From Squalus acanthias (Eukaryota): a DNA stretch of 64,000 bases. The first letter of the stretch is position 1, and the number at the start of each line of letters is the position of its first letter. Positions 26,005 through 39,072 of this stretch are shown one piece after another. The position numbers and the translations under genes were made by a program. The DNA lies in assembly GCA_030390025.1 (NCBI GenBank), contig CM059432.1:55740001-55804000 (forward strand), read 5' to 3'. The notes under the pieces are model-generated. The model did not search any database. It had not been told where the DNA came from and saw nothing but the letters and a program-made list of their open reading frames with translations.

Positions 26005-28017
26005 GACTACATTCCCACTACGGGGAAAGGCAGGGCAACTAAAATCAGGGCTCCCTGGATGACAAAACAGATAGAGAATATGATGAAGCAGAAAAAGGGC
26101 GCGTATGACAAATGTCAGGTTGCAAATACATCTGAGAATCAGGCTATATATAGAAAGGTCAGAGGAGAAGTGAAAAAGAAAATAAGAGGGGCGAAGAGAG
26201 GGTATGAGAATAGAATGGCAGCTAACATAAAAGATAATCCAAAAGTCTTCTATAGGCATATAAATAGTAAAAGGGTAGTAAGAGGAGGGGTGGGGCAAAT
26301 TAGGGACCAAAAAGGAGACCTATGCATGGAGGCAGAGGGTATGGCTGAGATACTAAATGAGTACTTTGCATTTGTCTTCACCAAGGAAGAGGATGCTGCC
26401 ATAGACATAGTGAAGGAGGAGGTAGTGGAGACACTTGATAGGATAAAAATTGATAAAGAGGTATTAGAAAGGCTGGCTGTACTTAAAGTTGATAAGTCAC
26501 CAGGAACGGATGGGATGCATCCTGGGATGCTGAGGGAATTGAGGGCGGAAATCGTGGAGGTACTGGTCATAATATTCCAATCCTCCATAGATATGGGGGT
26601 GGTGCCAGAGGACTGGAGAATTGCAAATGTTACACCCTTGTTCAAAAAAGGGTGTAAAGATAAACCCAGCAACTACAGGCCAGTCAGTTTAACCTCGGTA
26701 GTGGGGAAGCTTTTAGAAACAGTAATCAGGGACAAAATTAACAGTCACTTGGATAGGTGTGGATTAATTAAGGAAAGCCAGCACGGATTTGTTAAAGGCA
26801 AATCGTGTTTAACCAACTTGATCGAGTTTTTTGAGAGGTAACAGAGAGGGTTGATGAGGGTAATGCGGTTGACGTAGAGTACATGGATTTCCAAAAGGCG
26901 TTCGACAAATTGCCACATAATAGGCATGCCAGCAAAGTTGAAGCCCATGGAATAAAAAGGACAGTGACAGCATGGATACAAAATTGACTAAGTGACAGGA
27001 AACAGAGAGTAGTGGTGAACGGTTGTTTTTCGGACTGGAGGAAGGTATACAGTGGTGTTCCCCAGGGGTCAGTTATAGGACCACTGCTTTTCTTGATATA
27101 TATTAATGACTTGGACGTGGGTGTACAGGGCACAATTTCAAAATTTGCAGATGACACAAAACTTGGAAGTATAGTGAAAAGTGAGGAAGATAGTGATAGA
27201 CTTCAAGAGGACATAGACAGACTGGTGAAATGGGCGGACACGTGGCAGATGAAATTTAACGCAGAGAAGTGTGAAATTATACATTTTGGTAGAAAGAATG
27301 GGGAAAGGACATATAAACTAATGGTACAATCCTAAAGAGGGTGCACGAACAGAGAGACCTAGGGGTATGTGTGCACAAATCGTTGAAGGTGGCAGGGCAG
27401 GTTGAGAAAGCAGATTAAAAAGGCTTACGGGAACCTGGGCTTCATAAATAGAGGTATAAAGTACAAAAGTGTGGAAATTATGACAAACCTGTATAAAACA
27501 CTGGTTCGGCCCCAACTGGAGTACTGTGTCCAATTCTGGGCACCACACTTTAGGAAGGATGTGAGGACCTTAGAGAAGGTGCAGAAAAGATTTATGAGAA
27601 TGATTCCAGGAATGAGGGACTTCAGTTACGTTGATAGACTGGAGAAGCTTGGGTTGTTCTCCTTGGAGCAGAGAAGATTGAGAGGAGATTTGATAGAGGG
27701 GTTCAAAATCATGAGGGGTCTGGAAAGTGTAGATAGAGAGAAATTGTTCCCATTGGCAGAAGGGTCGAGAACCAGAGGACACAGATTTAAGGTGATTGGC
27801 AAAAGAACCAAAGGCGACGTAAGAATGCACTTCCTGAAAGGGTGGTGGAGGCAGACTCAAGCTTATCTTTCAAAAGGGAGTTGGATAAGTATCTGAAGGA
27901 AAAAAATTTGCAGGGCTACGGGGAAAGGGCAGGGGAGTGGGACTAGCTGAGAGTCGGCACGGGCTCGACGGGCCGAATGGCCTTCTTCCATGCTGTAACC
28001 ATTCTATGATTCTATGA
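26005..28017 (+). mobile_element. CR1 LINE, 5'-truncated, with 3' tail
   Basis: ORFs 26059-26841, 27012-27335 and 27402-27896 are frameshifted parts of ORF2; (TTCTATGA)n tail. Confidence 0.95.
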
Positions 28018-28224
28018 TGTTTATGCCATAAACATCAGTAGTCTTCCCTGTATATTGATGGGACAAACCAACTGGCGGATCCCCTGAAATCTTCTCACAG
28101 ACCCCAAGGGGGCCACAGATCCCCGGTTGAGAACCTCTGATCTAGATGACTTCCTAAAATAGTCTAGATGGTAATATGGATATTCTCACCACTCCAAACA
28201 GAGTATAATACAATCAACAAAATT

Positions 28225-29132
28225 CATATCTACACTGATGACATCCAACTCCACCTCATCACCAGAAACACTGCCTCTAAGTGTGCTGCTGTACTATCTG
28301 AACACCTGTCCAACATCATGTCCTGCACAAATAGAGATTTCCTACAGCTTATAATTGGCAAAACTGAAACCATCCTGTTTGGCTAACACCAGCACCTACA
28401 TCAACCTCCCCAGCTGCTTCTTCAGGCTGAGCCTGATAGTGCACAATCTCAACATTCTTTGTTGCAGTGAGGTGAGGTTTCTTTCCCACATTCAGTCCAT
28501 TGCCAAGACTGACATCTTTCTCCTCAAACACTGCCCATGCATGCCCTTATCTGAGCCCACTTTGTTGCTGAAATCCTTATTCATGTCTTCATCATCTTGA
28601 GGATGGAGATCCCTAATGATCTGCTCAGCAGAAACTCCACCTCCACTCTTCACAAATTCCAGTTGATCCAGAACTTTGCAACCTGTGTCCTATTCCCCCA
28701 CAAATTTACACATATCCATCATGTCCACCCGTACCCATCTTCACTGGCTTCCTGTGCACCAACAAATTGACTTCAAAATCCTCATCCTCATTTACAAATC
28801 TTTCCACAGTTGAACTGCACCCTATTTGGCAAACCTTCTCCAGCCTACATTCCATCCCACACCCTCTGACTCCAGATTACTGCTTATTCTCCAGTTCCTC
28901 CACTCCACTTTCAGCCATTATGCCCTTGCATTCTAGGCTCTCTTCCAAAACCACTTTGCCATACCATCTCTCTCCCTGCCATCAAAAGCCTCCTAAAAAA
29001 CTTTTTTTTCCATGCCTTGTTTTCCCCTAAATTTATTTAATTCCTTTTCAGCATCCACTTATCCCCGCCCTGTAAATTGTTCTGAGAGATTCTTTTATAT
29101 GAGTATTATAAATCTAAGTTGATGATGTTGTT
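28225..29132 (+). mobile_element. Old L2 LINE 3' part
   Basis: YTDDIQL...FLQL.IGKTE remnant, LHWLPV..DFKILIL, degenerate tail. Confidence 0.75.
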
Positions 29133-29134
29133 GC

Positions 29135-29580
29135 TTCACCATTAAGGTCTCAACTCTGAATAAGTCTGCTTAACTGTCAGGCTGTCAAGTACAAATTGTC
29201 TTGTGCTAAGTGACAAACCCAACTGTCTTTCATTCAAGCTGGTTCTATGGACATTGTCAATCCACCAGTATCTATCCCAAGTGATCATTCTTTAGGTGTT
29301 GGTCTAGGAAGTGAGTGTTATTGGGCTATTCATCATGGGTAGCATCACATTTCAGCACAAACTGTCTTTACCAGACATCCACAGACATGCAGTTCCTGGC
29401 AAGAGCCATTAGAGAGCAATCAAGAGCAAGAAACCTAGCTATTTTTTTCTTCCCAACTCCAGGGATGATAAGGCTAATTCTAGTGCCCCAGCTGAGATAA
29501 TCTGACTCAACACACATGAGGGCTAAAAATGTTCTGCTCTGTAAGGTTCAGTATCAGACCATGTTAGCTTACTCACTAGA
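29135..29580 (-). mobile_element. Old SINE-like repeat (other pieces at ~5830-6010 and ~20590-20740)
   Basis: Mutual similarity among the three loci (CCCAAGTG..CATTCTT; GAGGCCAATT..CAGCTGAG..CTAACTCAGCACA); family not identified. Confidence 0.45.
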
Positions 29581-31740
29581 GGAACTCTTGTCTCAAATTA
29601 GATGGTCAGGAATAGCTCCCCCTGATGGCTCAGTCCTTTGTTTACATACTGAACCATCGGGGAAGTTATTCCTGACTATCTAATATGAGACAAGAGGTCC
29701 TCCAGCAAGCTAACATGATCAGATTAGTGTTGCATTACCCAAAGAAATCTATTCTTTGACTGGTGGGTCAGAACCATTCTTTCTTTGACCAATGGGTTAA
29801 GTGACCTGAATGAGTATCATTTCCCTTATCTAGATTTTGCATGAGTCATCAACTAAGGAGGGTACTGTAAGGCAAGAAAATTGGAGGAGAAAATAAATGT
29901 ACATTTGTAACAATCTGATAAAAGAGATTTATTTATATTTCCATTTATGTACCAAGGCGAAAAAGGCCATCAGGGCCATATATGCTCACCCATCACCCCC
30001 ATTCATTGGGCAATTCCATCTCTATGCACCAACCATCCCTCCCCACCGCACCTCCTGAGTGAGGTAAAAACATAGACCTGTAGCTAATTTGAGTCTTCAG
30101 GCAAAAACTCCTCTTCAACCCACCTTGCTTTCCAGAAATTCATCGAAGGACTGGCAGGACTCAGTCTCCACTACCCGCTTCCGTATCCTGTTCCACAAGT
30201 CAATCACCCTGAGAAAAGTAAAACTTCTAGACATCCAACCTCAGCCCCGCTTCCTCAGTTTGTAACTTTTCCCCCTAATTCTAAGTGACCCCATCACTCT
30301 ATTTTCATATGATGTCCATACCCATAGTAATCTTAAATACCTGAATCAAATCACTTCTGACTCTCCAACAAGCATAAACTCATGGCATTTATTCCAATAC
30401 TCTGAAAGTTAATTAAACTTACTTAAATAACTTCTACAAGCTTACTCAAATGTATTTTTGATCAAACATAACTGTTATGTAAGAATTCAAATAGGTAATC
30501 CCTAAATTTACCTCAAACTATCCGCAAAGTGTTAACTCTCTTATTCCCTTTACAAAGTATCATGGTCAGTCAACCCCATCACCCACTAAGAGGCTGCTCA
30601 GTGTCAGCTAAGAAATTTCATTAACAAAGGTTAACTCCACAAAATGACAGGTCTTCCATACACTGCCAAGAACTATTTTTTACTCATAACATAATACTAA
30701 ACAAAATGTTACAATTTCTTTGATGTAATAGAAAAATGGATACCTGGAAGCAATTACAAAGCAGCAATCTAATCAAGTAGTACAGACAACATAATAAACC
30801 ACTCAAGTAAAGGTTGAGTGGTTTATAGTCATCATCTGAACCTCAGGATTTAGATTGCAGCTTTGAATTCTCCTCTTGGTATTTTCTGTTTCGGTTTTAT
30901 GTGCGAATTTTACTTTATTTCTGTGCCAGTAATTGCCAGTCAACTTTATTTCCTTAATCCATGATGTTTACAAAAGGGATAAACACCTAATACATCAGCA
31001 CTGCAGTTTATCAAGAAATTGTCCACACATACCAGGAAATGTATATTTTAGTAGAAAATTAAAGTTTGAGCAATCTCAATAGCGAACACATGATTACTGA
31101 AATGTTCATGCCACTTTAAAAAAATTGAATGGAAAATAGTAATCATGTAACCATTCTGTTTGTGTTGCTTTCTAATAATTACATTGGCTGCTGCTAAGCA
31201 CCTGACCTGTCTGATGGTTCTGTGTTTGACCAAGAAGTAAAATGATAATCCAAGAAAGGGAGGAACCACCTAGAGGTGAAGAAGGCCAATTTGTACTTGA
31301 GAGTGAGAGAATAATGGAAAAGTTTAATAAGTATTTTGCCTCAGTTTTATTTTTTACAGAGCAAGAGGATGATGTGGAAGAACTATGAGAGATAAATATT
31401 CAAAAAGATTTAAAAAGTTAATGGGACTAAAAATAGAAATGTCACTAGATCCATATGGTATGCATCTCAGAATACTGAAGTAGGTTGGGAAGGAGATAGC
31501 GGAGGCACTAGCTAACATTGGAAATGGGAATTACGCCTAAAGGACTGGAGGGTGGCAAATGTTACACTCTTCTTCAAGAGGGAAACTGATAAGCTAGGAA
31601 ATTATAGGCTAGCTACAAAATTATGGGCCAGTTAGACTTATCTTGGTTATGGGTAAACTTCTAGGCTCCATAATACGGGATAAAATTAGTGAATACTGGG
31701 GAAAGCATCGGCTAATCAAGGATAGTCAGCAGCGATTTGT

Positions 31741-32002
31741 GCATCCCCCAATTCCTGTGCCATGCCTTCAGCCATCTAGTCCCTAAACTTTGGAATTCCC
31801 TCCCAAACCTCTTTGCCTCTCCACCTCTCACTCCTCCTTTAAGATGCTGGTTAAAACCTACCTCTTTGACCAAGCGTTTGTTCACCTGTCGTAATGTCTC
31901 CTTCTTTGTCTCAATGTCAGTTTTTTGTCTGATTATGCATCTGTGAAGCACTTTGGGACATTTTACTACATTAAAGGCACTATATAAATGCAACTTGTTG
32001 TT
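31741..32002 (+). mobile_element. L2 3'-end fragment inserted in the old CR1, 7-bp TSD
   Basis: Ends TATATAAATGCAACTTGTTGTT; TSD GATTTGT at 31734-31740 and 32003-32009. Confidence 0.85.
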
Positions 32003-32340
32003 GATTTGTAAAGGATAGTCCATGCTTGACTAATTTAACTGATTTACAGTGGATGTTGTATGACTGGATTTTCAGAAAGTGTTTTATTAGGTGCCATATA
32101 AGAGAAGAGTGAAGCACAGTATTAAAGGAAAGCTACATATGGATCGAGGAATGGCTGAGGGATACAAAGCAAAGAGTAAAAGTAAATGGATGGTTTTTGG
32201 GTTGGTGGAATGTGGGTGGTGGTGTGGCCCAGCAACATGTGCTGGGACCTCCTTTGTTTTCCATATATTTAAATGATTTGGACATAGGCACAAGAGGAGT
32301 GGTACTAAAGCTTGCTCATGATACCAAATTAGGGAGCATG

Positions 32341-32489
32341 GCAAACTGAGGAACAATGCATGAGATTGCAAGAGAGCAAACTTTGAAGAACAATACATGA
32401 GATTGCAAGAGAGAAAACTGAGGAATTAATGCATGAGATTGCAAGAGGGCAAATAGTGAGGAACAATGCATAAGGTTGCAAGAGGGCAG
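32341..32489 (+). repeat. ~35-bp x4 minisatellite derived from CR1 sequence
   Basis: Unit GCAAACTGAGGAACAATGCATGAGATTGCAAGAGA repeated four times with variation. Confidence 0.85.
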
Positions 32490-33529
32490 AGAAATGTGAA
32501 GTAGTGCATTTTATACAGTAGAAACAGTATGAATAAGTAACATTCTTAATAGAGTGGAAGATCAGAGATATTTAGGGATGCAGATACAGAGATCTTTAAA
32601 AGTGGGAGTAAAGGTAGAAATGGTCGCAAAGGGTTTTATACATAGGGATATTGCACACAAAAGCAACATGGTGCTGTTGAATTTATACAAGACATTGGTT
32701 AGGCTATAGTTGGTCTATTGCATACAGTTCTGGGCACCCCATTATAGAAGGATATTGGAGCCATGAAAAGAGTACAGCAAAGATTCATTAAAATTATAAC
32801 AGGAATAAAAGGTTAAAGTTATGAAGAAAGGTTAAAAAAATTGATTTATTTTCTACTGGAACAGAAATGGTTAAAGGAGGATCTAATAGCGGTTTACCAA
32901 AATTAGTAAAGATTTTGAGAGATAAATAGTGAAAGAGTTGGCAAACTGAAAACAAGAGGACATAGACTCAAGATTATCACGAGAAGAACAAAGGAAGAAG
33001 TTAGAAGTACTTTTTTCACACAGAGGGTATTAGAACATGGAATGCTGTGCCACAAGTGGCTACTGAAGCACAGGATATAGCATTTAAAAGGGATTTGGAT
33101 AAGTATTTGAATAGGGAGAATATAAAAAGATATGGAGAAAGGGCAGGGAAATGGAATTAGAGTAGTCACTCCAGTTGAAGAACTAGAACAAAGTTGGGGT
33201 TGGCCAAATGTCTCTTCCTGTGTTGTAATTTCAATGAGTCAATATTTTTATGATTCAACATTCAAAGTAATTAAATCTCTGAAAATTTGGTGTATAAATT
33301 AAATTATACCGAATAACAAAAATTTCAAAGGTAGATGGTGGAAATGGACTTTAGAAAGTAAAGTAAAACTAGAGTATATTCCAAGGTCTTTCTCACAGTG
33401 AGTAGGGGTATATGCTGGTTTGAAACAGGCATGTACAAAGTACAAATAGAAAGTCTCAGTGATGTCAGCATTCATCAAACAGTCAATATGATATGCTGGC
33501 AGACTTCACAGACACACATTCACAATAGA

Positions 33530-33980
33530 AAAAAGACTTGCATTTATATAGCGCCTTTCACACCACCGGACGTCTCAAAGCACTTTACAACCAATGAAGT
33601 ACTTTTTGGAATGTAGTCACTGTTGTAATGTGAGAAACGCAGCAGCCAATTTGTGCACAGCAAGCTCCCACAAACAGCAATGTGATAATGTGCAACCAGA
33701 TAATCTGTTTTTGTTCTGTTGATTGAGGGTAAGTACTGGCCAGGACACTGGGGATAGCTCCCATGCTCATCTTCGAAATAGTGCCATGGGACCTTTTACG
33801 TCCACCTGAGAGAGCAGACGGGGCCTCGGTTTAATGTCTCATCCAAAAGACAGCACCTCCGACAGTGCAGCACTCCCTCAGCACTGCACTGGAGTGCCAG
33901 CCTAGATTTATGTGCACCTCTTACCCACAACCTTCTGACTCAGAGGCGAGTGTGTAACCCACCGAGCCACAGCTGACACT
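33530..33980 (-). mobile_element. SacSINE1-like SINE, near full length
   Basis: Reverse complement of 8514-9112 including the tRNA head. Confidence 0.88.
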
Positions 33981-33981
33981 A

Positions 33982-34062
33982 TAGGTAGGTAGGTAGGTCG
34001 ATAGCTAGATAGCTAGATGAATGGATAGATGGATGGATAGCTAGATAGATAGAGCGATAGAG
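33982..34062. repeat. Compound (TAGG)n/(GATA)n microsatellite
   Basis: Direct reading. Confidence 0.85.
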
Positions 34063-34084
34063 TCAATAACATAGGCACATAATG

Positions 34085-34335
34085 TGGGGTGATGCTCAGG
34101 AAATGTTGCATTGTCAGCAGTGCTGTCTTTCAGATGAGATGTTAAACTGAGGCCTCGTCTGCCTGTTCAGGTGTACATAAAAAAATCCCATGGTACTACT
34201 CAAAGAAGAACAGGGAAGTTCTCCTGGCCAACATTTATCCCTGACCTAACAACACTAAGGCAGATTAACTGGTTATTTTCTTAAGTGCTGTTTGTGGGAC
34301 ATTGTTGTGTGCAAATTGGCCACTGTGTTGGCCTA
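34085..34335 (+). mobile_element. SacSINE1-like internal fragment
   Basis: GATGAGATGTTAAACTGAGGCC...TCCCATGG...GCAAATTGGC. Confidence 0.75.
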
Positions 34336-36104
34336 GAGGTTATCTTTGCAAGTGTATTCTCTATCTGTGTTACAAAGACTGAAATTAAGACTAAAGCTCA
34401 ATTTTGTATTACAACTGGAATATATTATCGAAATGTTTCTTTAATGTACGTAAGATAAATCAATGTAAAACAATTTGGATGTTAGCTGACTTACTCAGTT
34501 TTCTTTGTTTATGGCAAATGCATGTGGCTTCTACATGAAACACTGAGGTATCCTTATAAAGAAAGAGTAATCTTGCTGTATCACAGCTGTTTCTCACCAA
34601 TATTATCTCACTGCCCCAAAGCCTAGTTGCAGAGTGCCGTAGGGAAAAGCAACAAACGGAATAGGATTATTGTCCAATGAGAGTGTCTTTTACAGGGCAG
34701 TCAACCGAGAGAGGAGTTACACAGTCTCCTTCACAAATTTCCAATGACAGATGTCTAAAACATTCTCAAATTACCACTAATTCTTCAATCTTCCACAACT
34801 TCTATAACACTCATGCCACCCAAAAACCATGCTCAAGACCTTGAGCTCATTGATGAATTCTGCAGGGATTATTAGGTTCAAAACAGCACATCTTTCTGCC
34901 TCTCAGAAATGAAAGCTTTAATCAGACCTAGAATTTTGACATTTCAGATGAAAAATATATTTGGTTTTCAGGATTCTTTGACTTGACAGTTACCATTCAC
35001 AGATGCTGGTGAACATAGAATTAGAAACTACTGCTAATGAATTTGCATTCAAATATTTATAAGGCTCAATCTTAGTGGGAGCAACATTTATCTCTCCAAA
35101 AAAAAATTCACAAAGTAAACTTTACTTAAGTTCAGAACAATTATCTTTCAGGCATTCCTTAATCTCAAACTATAGTTAATAAACCCAGGTAACCACAACC
35201 TGTATATTGTTAAAAATGCAAACGTTTAAGGTCTCATGTTGTTATAATTGGACAAGAAAGCATTGTCCATAACATTGAATGGAAAGACAATTAATTGTGA
35301 TAACATCAGAATACTGCAACTTTTAAAATTTGCACATTCTGTTTTATAACATCCAAAGAAGAGTTCTGTTCATTTCTAATACTCTACGTTGTGATGCAGC
35401 ATTAAGGAAGCGTACAGAACCACAACATCTATCTGAAATTGTAGTATTGTTCAACTGTTCAAAAATTTGTAATCACTTTTTAAAATTGATGATTTCGAGT
35501 AAGATTGCTATGGCTATGGCCCAGACAGTTATGTTGAGTGATTCTGAGCTAAGATTAAAAGCTACATTTACACTACAGTCCCTACAAAATCAGAGTTTGC
35601 ATCAGGGTCATCCTAACTGAACACTAACTCTCAACATTTAGACTTACAGCTGGCCCCAATTAAGTTAATGTATTAAATTACCAAGCTCATCCAAACCCTG
35701 ATTTTTTTTTACAGAAGAGATTCACATTAAAGGTGTTTAAATCAGCCTAAAGCAAATCTCTCACTTTGCTGAGATCTATCGGTCTTTTTGCTCCGAACTA
35801 TATTATGTCCATTGTAACACCGCACTTTTACATATACAACATTGACGACAGATCAGTTTCAAACTTGCAAAATGTGAATTGACAGCTGAAACGTAAAGTT
35901 GGCTTTATTATTCTCATTGCCCATGATATGCGAACACAAGTAAATTTGAAAACAGTCAGAGATGCTGAGGATGTTACTATCGTATAATGATGAAGGAAAG
36001 GTTTTTCATAATATATTTATTTTTGCATTATCTTTATCTAGATAATTTATAAAATAAACTAGTTTAGCTAGAGACCCAAATAATAACCCATGTAATCCCA
36101 ATAA

Positions 36105-37050
36105 GGTCCCACTCACCCATCACCCCTGTCCTCACTGACTTACATTTGCTCCAGGTCTCCAAATGCTTCCAATTTAAAAATGTTATCCTCATGTTTAAAT
36201 CCTTTCATGGCCTCAACCCTCCCTATCTCTGTAACTTCTTCCAGCCCTACAACCTCCCCCCAAGTACTCTACATTCCTCCGCCTCTTGTGCATCTCCCCA
36301 TCGCCCCACCATTGGTGGTGTGCTTTCAGCCATCTAGGCCCTACGCTCTGAAATTCCCTCCCTAAATCTCTCTACTTCATTCTCCTCCTTTAATACCCTC
36401 CTTAAAACAACAACAATTGGCATTTATATCACGCCTTTAACATAGTAAAATGTCCCAAGCTGCTTCATTGGAGCATTTATCAAACAAAATTTGGCACTGA
36501 GCCACATAAGGAGATAGTAGGAAAGTTTGGTCAAAGAGGTAGGTTTTAAGGAGCATCTTAAAGGAGCAGAGATAGCTAGAGAGGCAGAGAGGTTTAGGGA
36601 GGGAATTCCAGAGCTTAGGGCCTAGGCAGCTGAAGGCACAGCCACCAATGGTGCAGCGATAAAAATTGGAGATGCGCAAGAGGCAAGAGTTGGAGGAGCG
36701 CAGTAATCTCAGAGGGTTGTAGGGCTGGAGAAAGTTAGAGATAGGCCATGGACGGATTTGAAATTAAGGATGAGAATTTTAAAATCGAGGCAGTGCCAGA
36801 CATTGAGTCAATGTAGGTCAGCGAGCACACAGGTGAGGGGTGAATGGGACTTGGTGCAAGTTAAGATACAGGCAGCAGTGTTTTGGAGGAGCTCATGTTT
36901 ATGGAGCCAACTCAACCCAACTCTTTGACCAACTTTTAGTTACCCTTACTAATATCGCCTTCTTTGGCTCCATTTTTGTCAGATCATGCTTTTGTGAAGC
37001 ACCTTGGGACATTTTTACATTAACAGTGCTATATAAATGCAAGTTGTTGA
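36105..37050. mobile_element. L2 3' fragment (+) interrupted by an inverted L2 3' fragment (-, ~36406-36905)
   Basis: Plus L2 breaks at CTCCTTAAAAC and resumes at CCCAACTCTTTGACC; the insert starts with the (AAC)n tail. Confidence 0.8.
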
Positions 37051-37255
37051 GAAACTAACGTATTATTATAACATATATTATCAAAGGTTTAAATGGGGAA
37101 TAGCTGAAAATGTGCAGCTTTAGGAGCGTGATTCTTCAAACATTCATGATAAGCAACAAAAGTTTCCAATATCATAGGACAGGAATCCTTAATCTACTAG
37201 ACCAATTTGCGCCTAATTAATTACTAGGACATTACAGCTTGTTTTAAATTAGAAC

Positions 37256-37387
37256 AAAAGCAAAATACAATGGATGCTGGAAATTTGAAATAAAAACAGA
37301 AAATGCTGGAAATATTCAGCAGGTCAGGCAGCATCTGTGGAGAAAGAAACTGAGTTAACTTTCAGGTCGATGACCTTTCGTCAGAAA
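37256..37387 (-). mobile_element. Solo Penelope pseudo-LTR
   Basis: Same family as 8965-9095; hammerhead helix III has a 1-nt deletion. Confidence 0.85.
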
Positions 37388-37629
37388 TTAATGGCTGATT
37401 ATGTGAATCGCACAGCAGCATTGACAATAGCTGCAAACAGCAGTGTTGGGACATAAAGCTTCACCTTTGGAATATGTGTAGCAGTAAGTAGGAAAGGTGG
37501 TATTTGGTACAGTGCAAACCAAACCATCCAGCAAGTATGCTGAAAGTTAAATGAATGATTTGCACTGCAATAGAGCAATATTTCAGAAATTAGAATTCAT
37601 TTCATTGTCACTATTCAATGTATTGTATG

Positions 37630-37980
37630 GGAACTGTAGCATAGTGGTTATGTTACTGGACTACTAATCCAGTAGGCCTGTAATGATCCGGAGATATAAG
37701 TTAAAATCCGACCACGGCAGCTGGGGAATTTAAATTCAGTAATTAAACAAATCTGGAATTAAAAAGCTAGTATCAGTAATGGTAAACATGAAACTACCGG
37801 ATTGTTGTAAAACCCATCTGGTTCACTAATGTCCTTTAAGGAAGGAAATCTGCCACTCTTACCTGGCCTGGCCTATATGTGACTCCAGACCCACAGAAAT
37901 GTGGTTGACTCTTCTTAACTGCCCTCTGAAATGGCCCAGCAAGCCACTCAGTTTAGGGATGGGCAATAAATGCTGGCCGA
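37630..37980 (+). mobile_element. tRNA-derived shark SINE (third family)
   Basis: A box TAGCATAGTGG; tail TAGGGATGGGCAATAAATGCTGGCC also seen in degenerate form in the LINE end at ~42560-42690. Confidence 0.7.
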
Positions 37981-38099
37981 AGAATTTGCTGTTGTAAGAA
38001 AATGTGGAAAAGGGAATAAGCCTCACGGAACATCTGCTCTAAGAATTATTAAAATTACTGAAGGACCGATGTAACTAAAGAGGAATTCCATTTAAAGCT

Positions 38100-39041
38100 G
38101 ATCTTCAATAAACATTTCTCCACGGAACTCGAAAATTGGCTTGGAAGTACATCATTTGGTCAAATGCATTAAAATAGAAGGAAATATTTCGTTAACAACG
38201 GTCGGATGGCTCACATCTGCCAGACTAACTTGTCAAACTAATCACGCGTGAAATTAAATGACGAAAATATTACAGAATTATTCACATAATTCAATAGGAA
38301 ACGCTATGATTTTTCTAAAAGTAGCCAAGGTTACCCTAGTTCACCTCATTTTCGTTCACGATTTATAAAGGAAGGCGCGCTCATCATTCACGTTTTAAGA
38401 TTTCCATCGTAAATTCTGCGGGATGAACATCGGCGATCGAAACTGCTGTGAAGTCAGCAAAAGCAAAATCCAACAGACCTTCCACAATATCAGAAAGTTA
38501 ACGCCGGGGAGCAGTTTTTCGGCTCCTTAGTCATTCACTTAGTTCACTTGGGATATCTTCCCCATTTGGGTAGGGGAAGAGTTATTTTTGCCCTTTCCTC
38601 TGTTGCTCAAAAACATTGCTGGCGCTCAACAGAGTGGGAATCAACATAAACCAGAACCACACAAGGTCAACAGGGGATATCCAAACGGGGAGGGACTAAA
38701 AGCTGATGTCTGCATGTGTGATTGTATATATAAAGCGTTGGCTCGCCTGTTCAAAATTAGATTACAGTGAAGAGTTGCTTCCGTTTTCCTAGGACATCAC
38801 GGCCCGGTTCAAGACCGATGTGCGATGCCTGCCCGAAACTTCCCCCCACCGGAGGTATCGACTGCTTTTTGTTCGCCAGCCTTGAGTGGGGATTAGCTGC
38901 TCAGTATGTATGCGAACAGAGTCGAGACTCAGCTCTCGCCGTGGCGTCCCTGCTTCTCAACCCCGACCTCACAAGTGTGTGAAAGTGAGCTCGGGAGAAT
39001 GGCATGAAGGCAGCTTCATCCGATCTGTCATTCACCTTCCC

Positions 39042-39072
<31 letters not shown>

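Larger units (their letters stand above)
23991..28139. mobile_element. Non-autonomous hAT-Charlie element containing nested pLTR pair, Harbinger MITE and CR1
   Basis: TIR CAAGGGTTCTCAACC / GGTTGAGAACCTCTG (13/15); perfect 8-bp TSD ATCTAGAT (23983-23990, 28140-28147) fitting the Charlie NTCTAGAN target; subterminal GACCCC motifs at both ends. Confidence 0.88.
31245..33235 (+). mobile_element. Old, heavily decayed CR1 LINE
   Basis: Remnants DWRVANVTL, GNYR, DFQK, QFWAPHY, FFTQRV and 3' UTR. Confidence 0.85.

Noticed and set aside
32341..32489. CRISPR-like array
   Set aside because: Contiguous tandem units with no unique spacers, in a vertebrate LINE.
38710..39000. Telomerase RNA (minus strand has CACACATGC and a P6.1-like hairpin)
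   Set aside because: No CTAACCCT template, pseudoknot or CR7/CAB hairpin.
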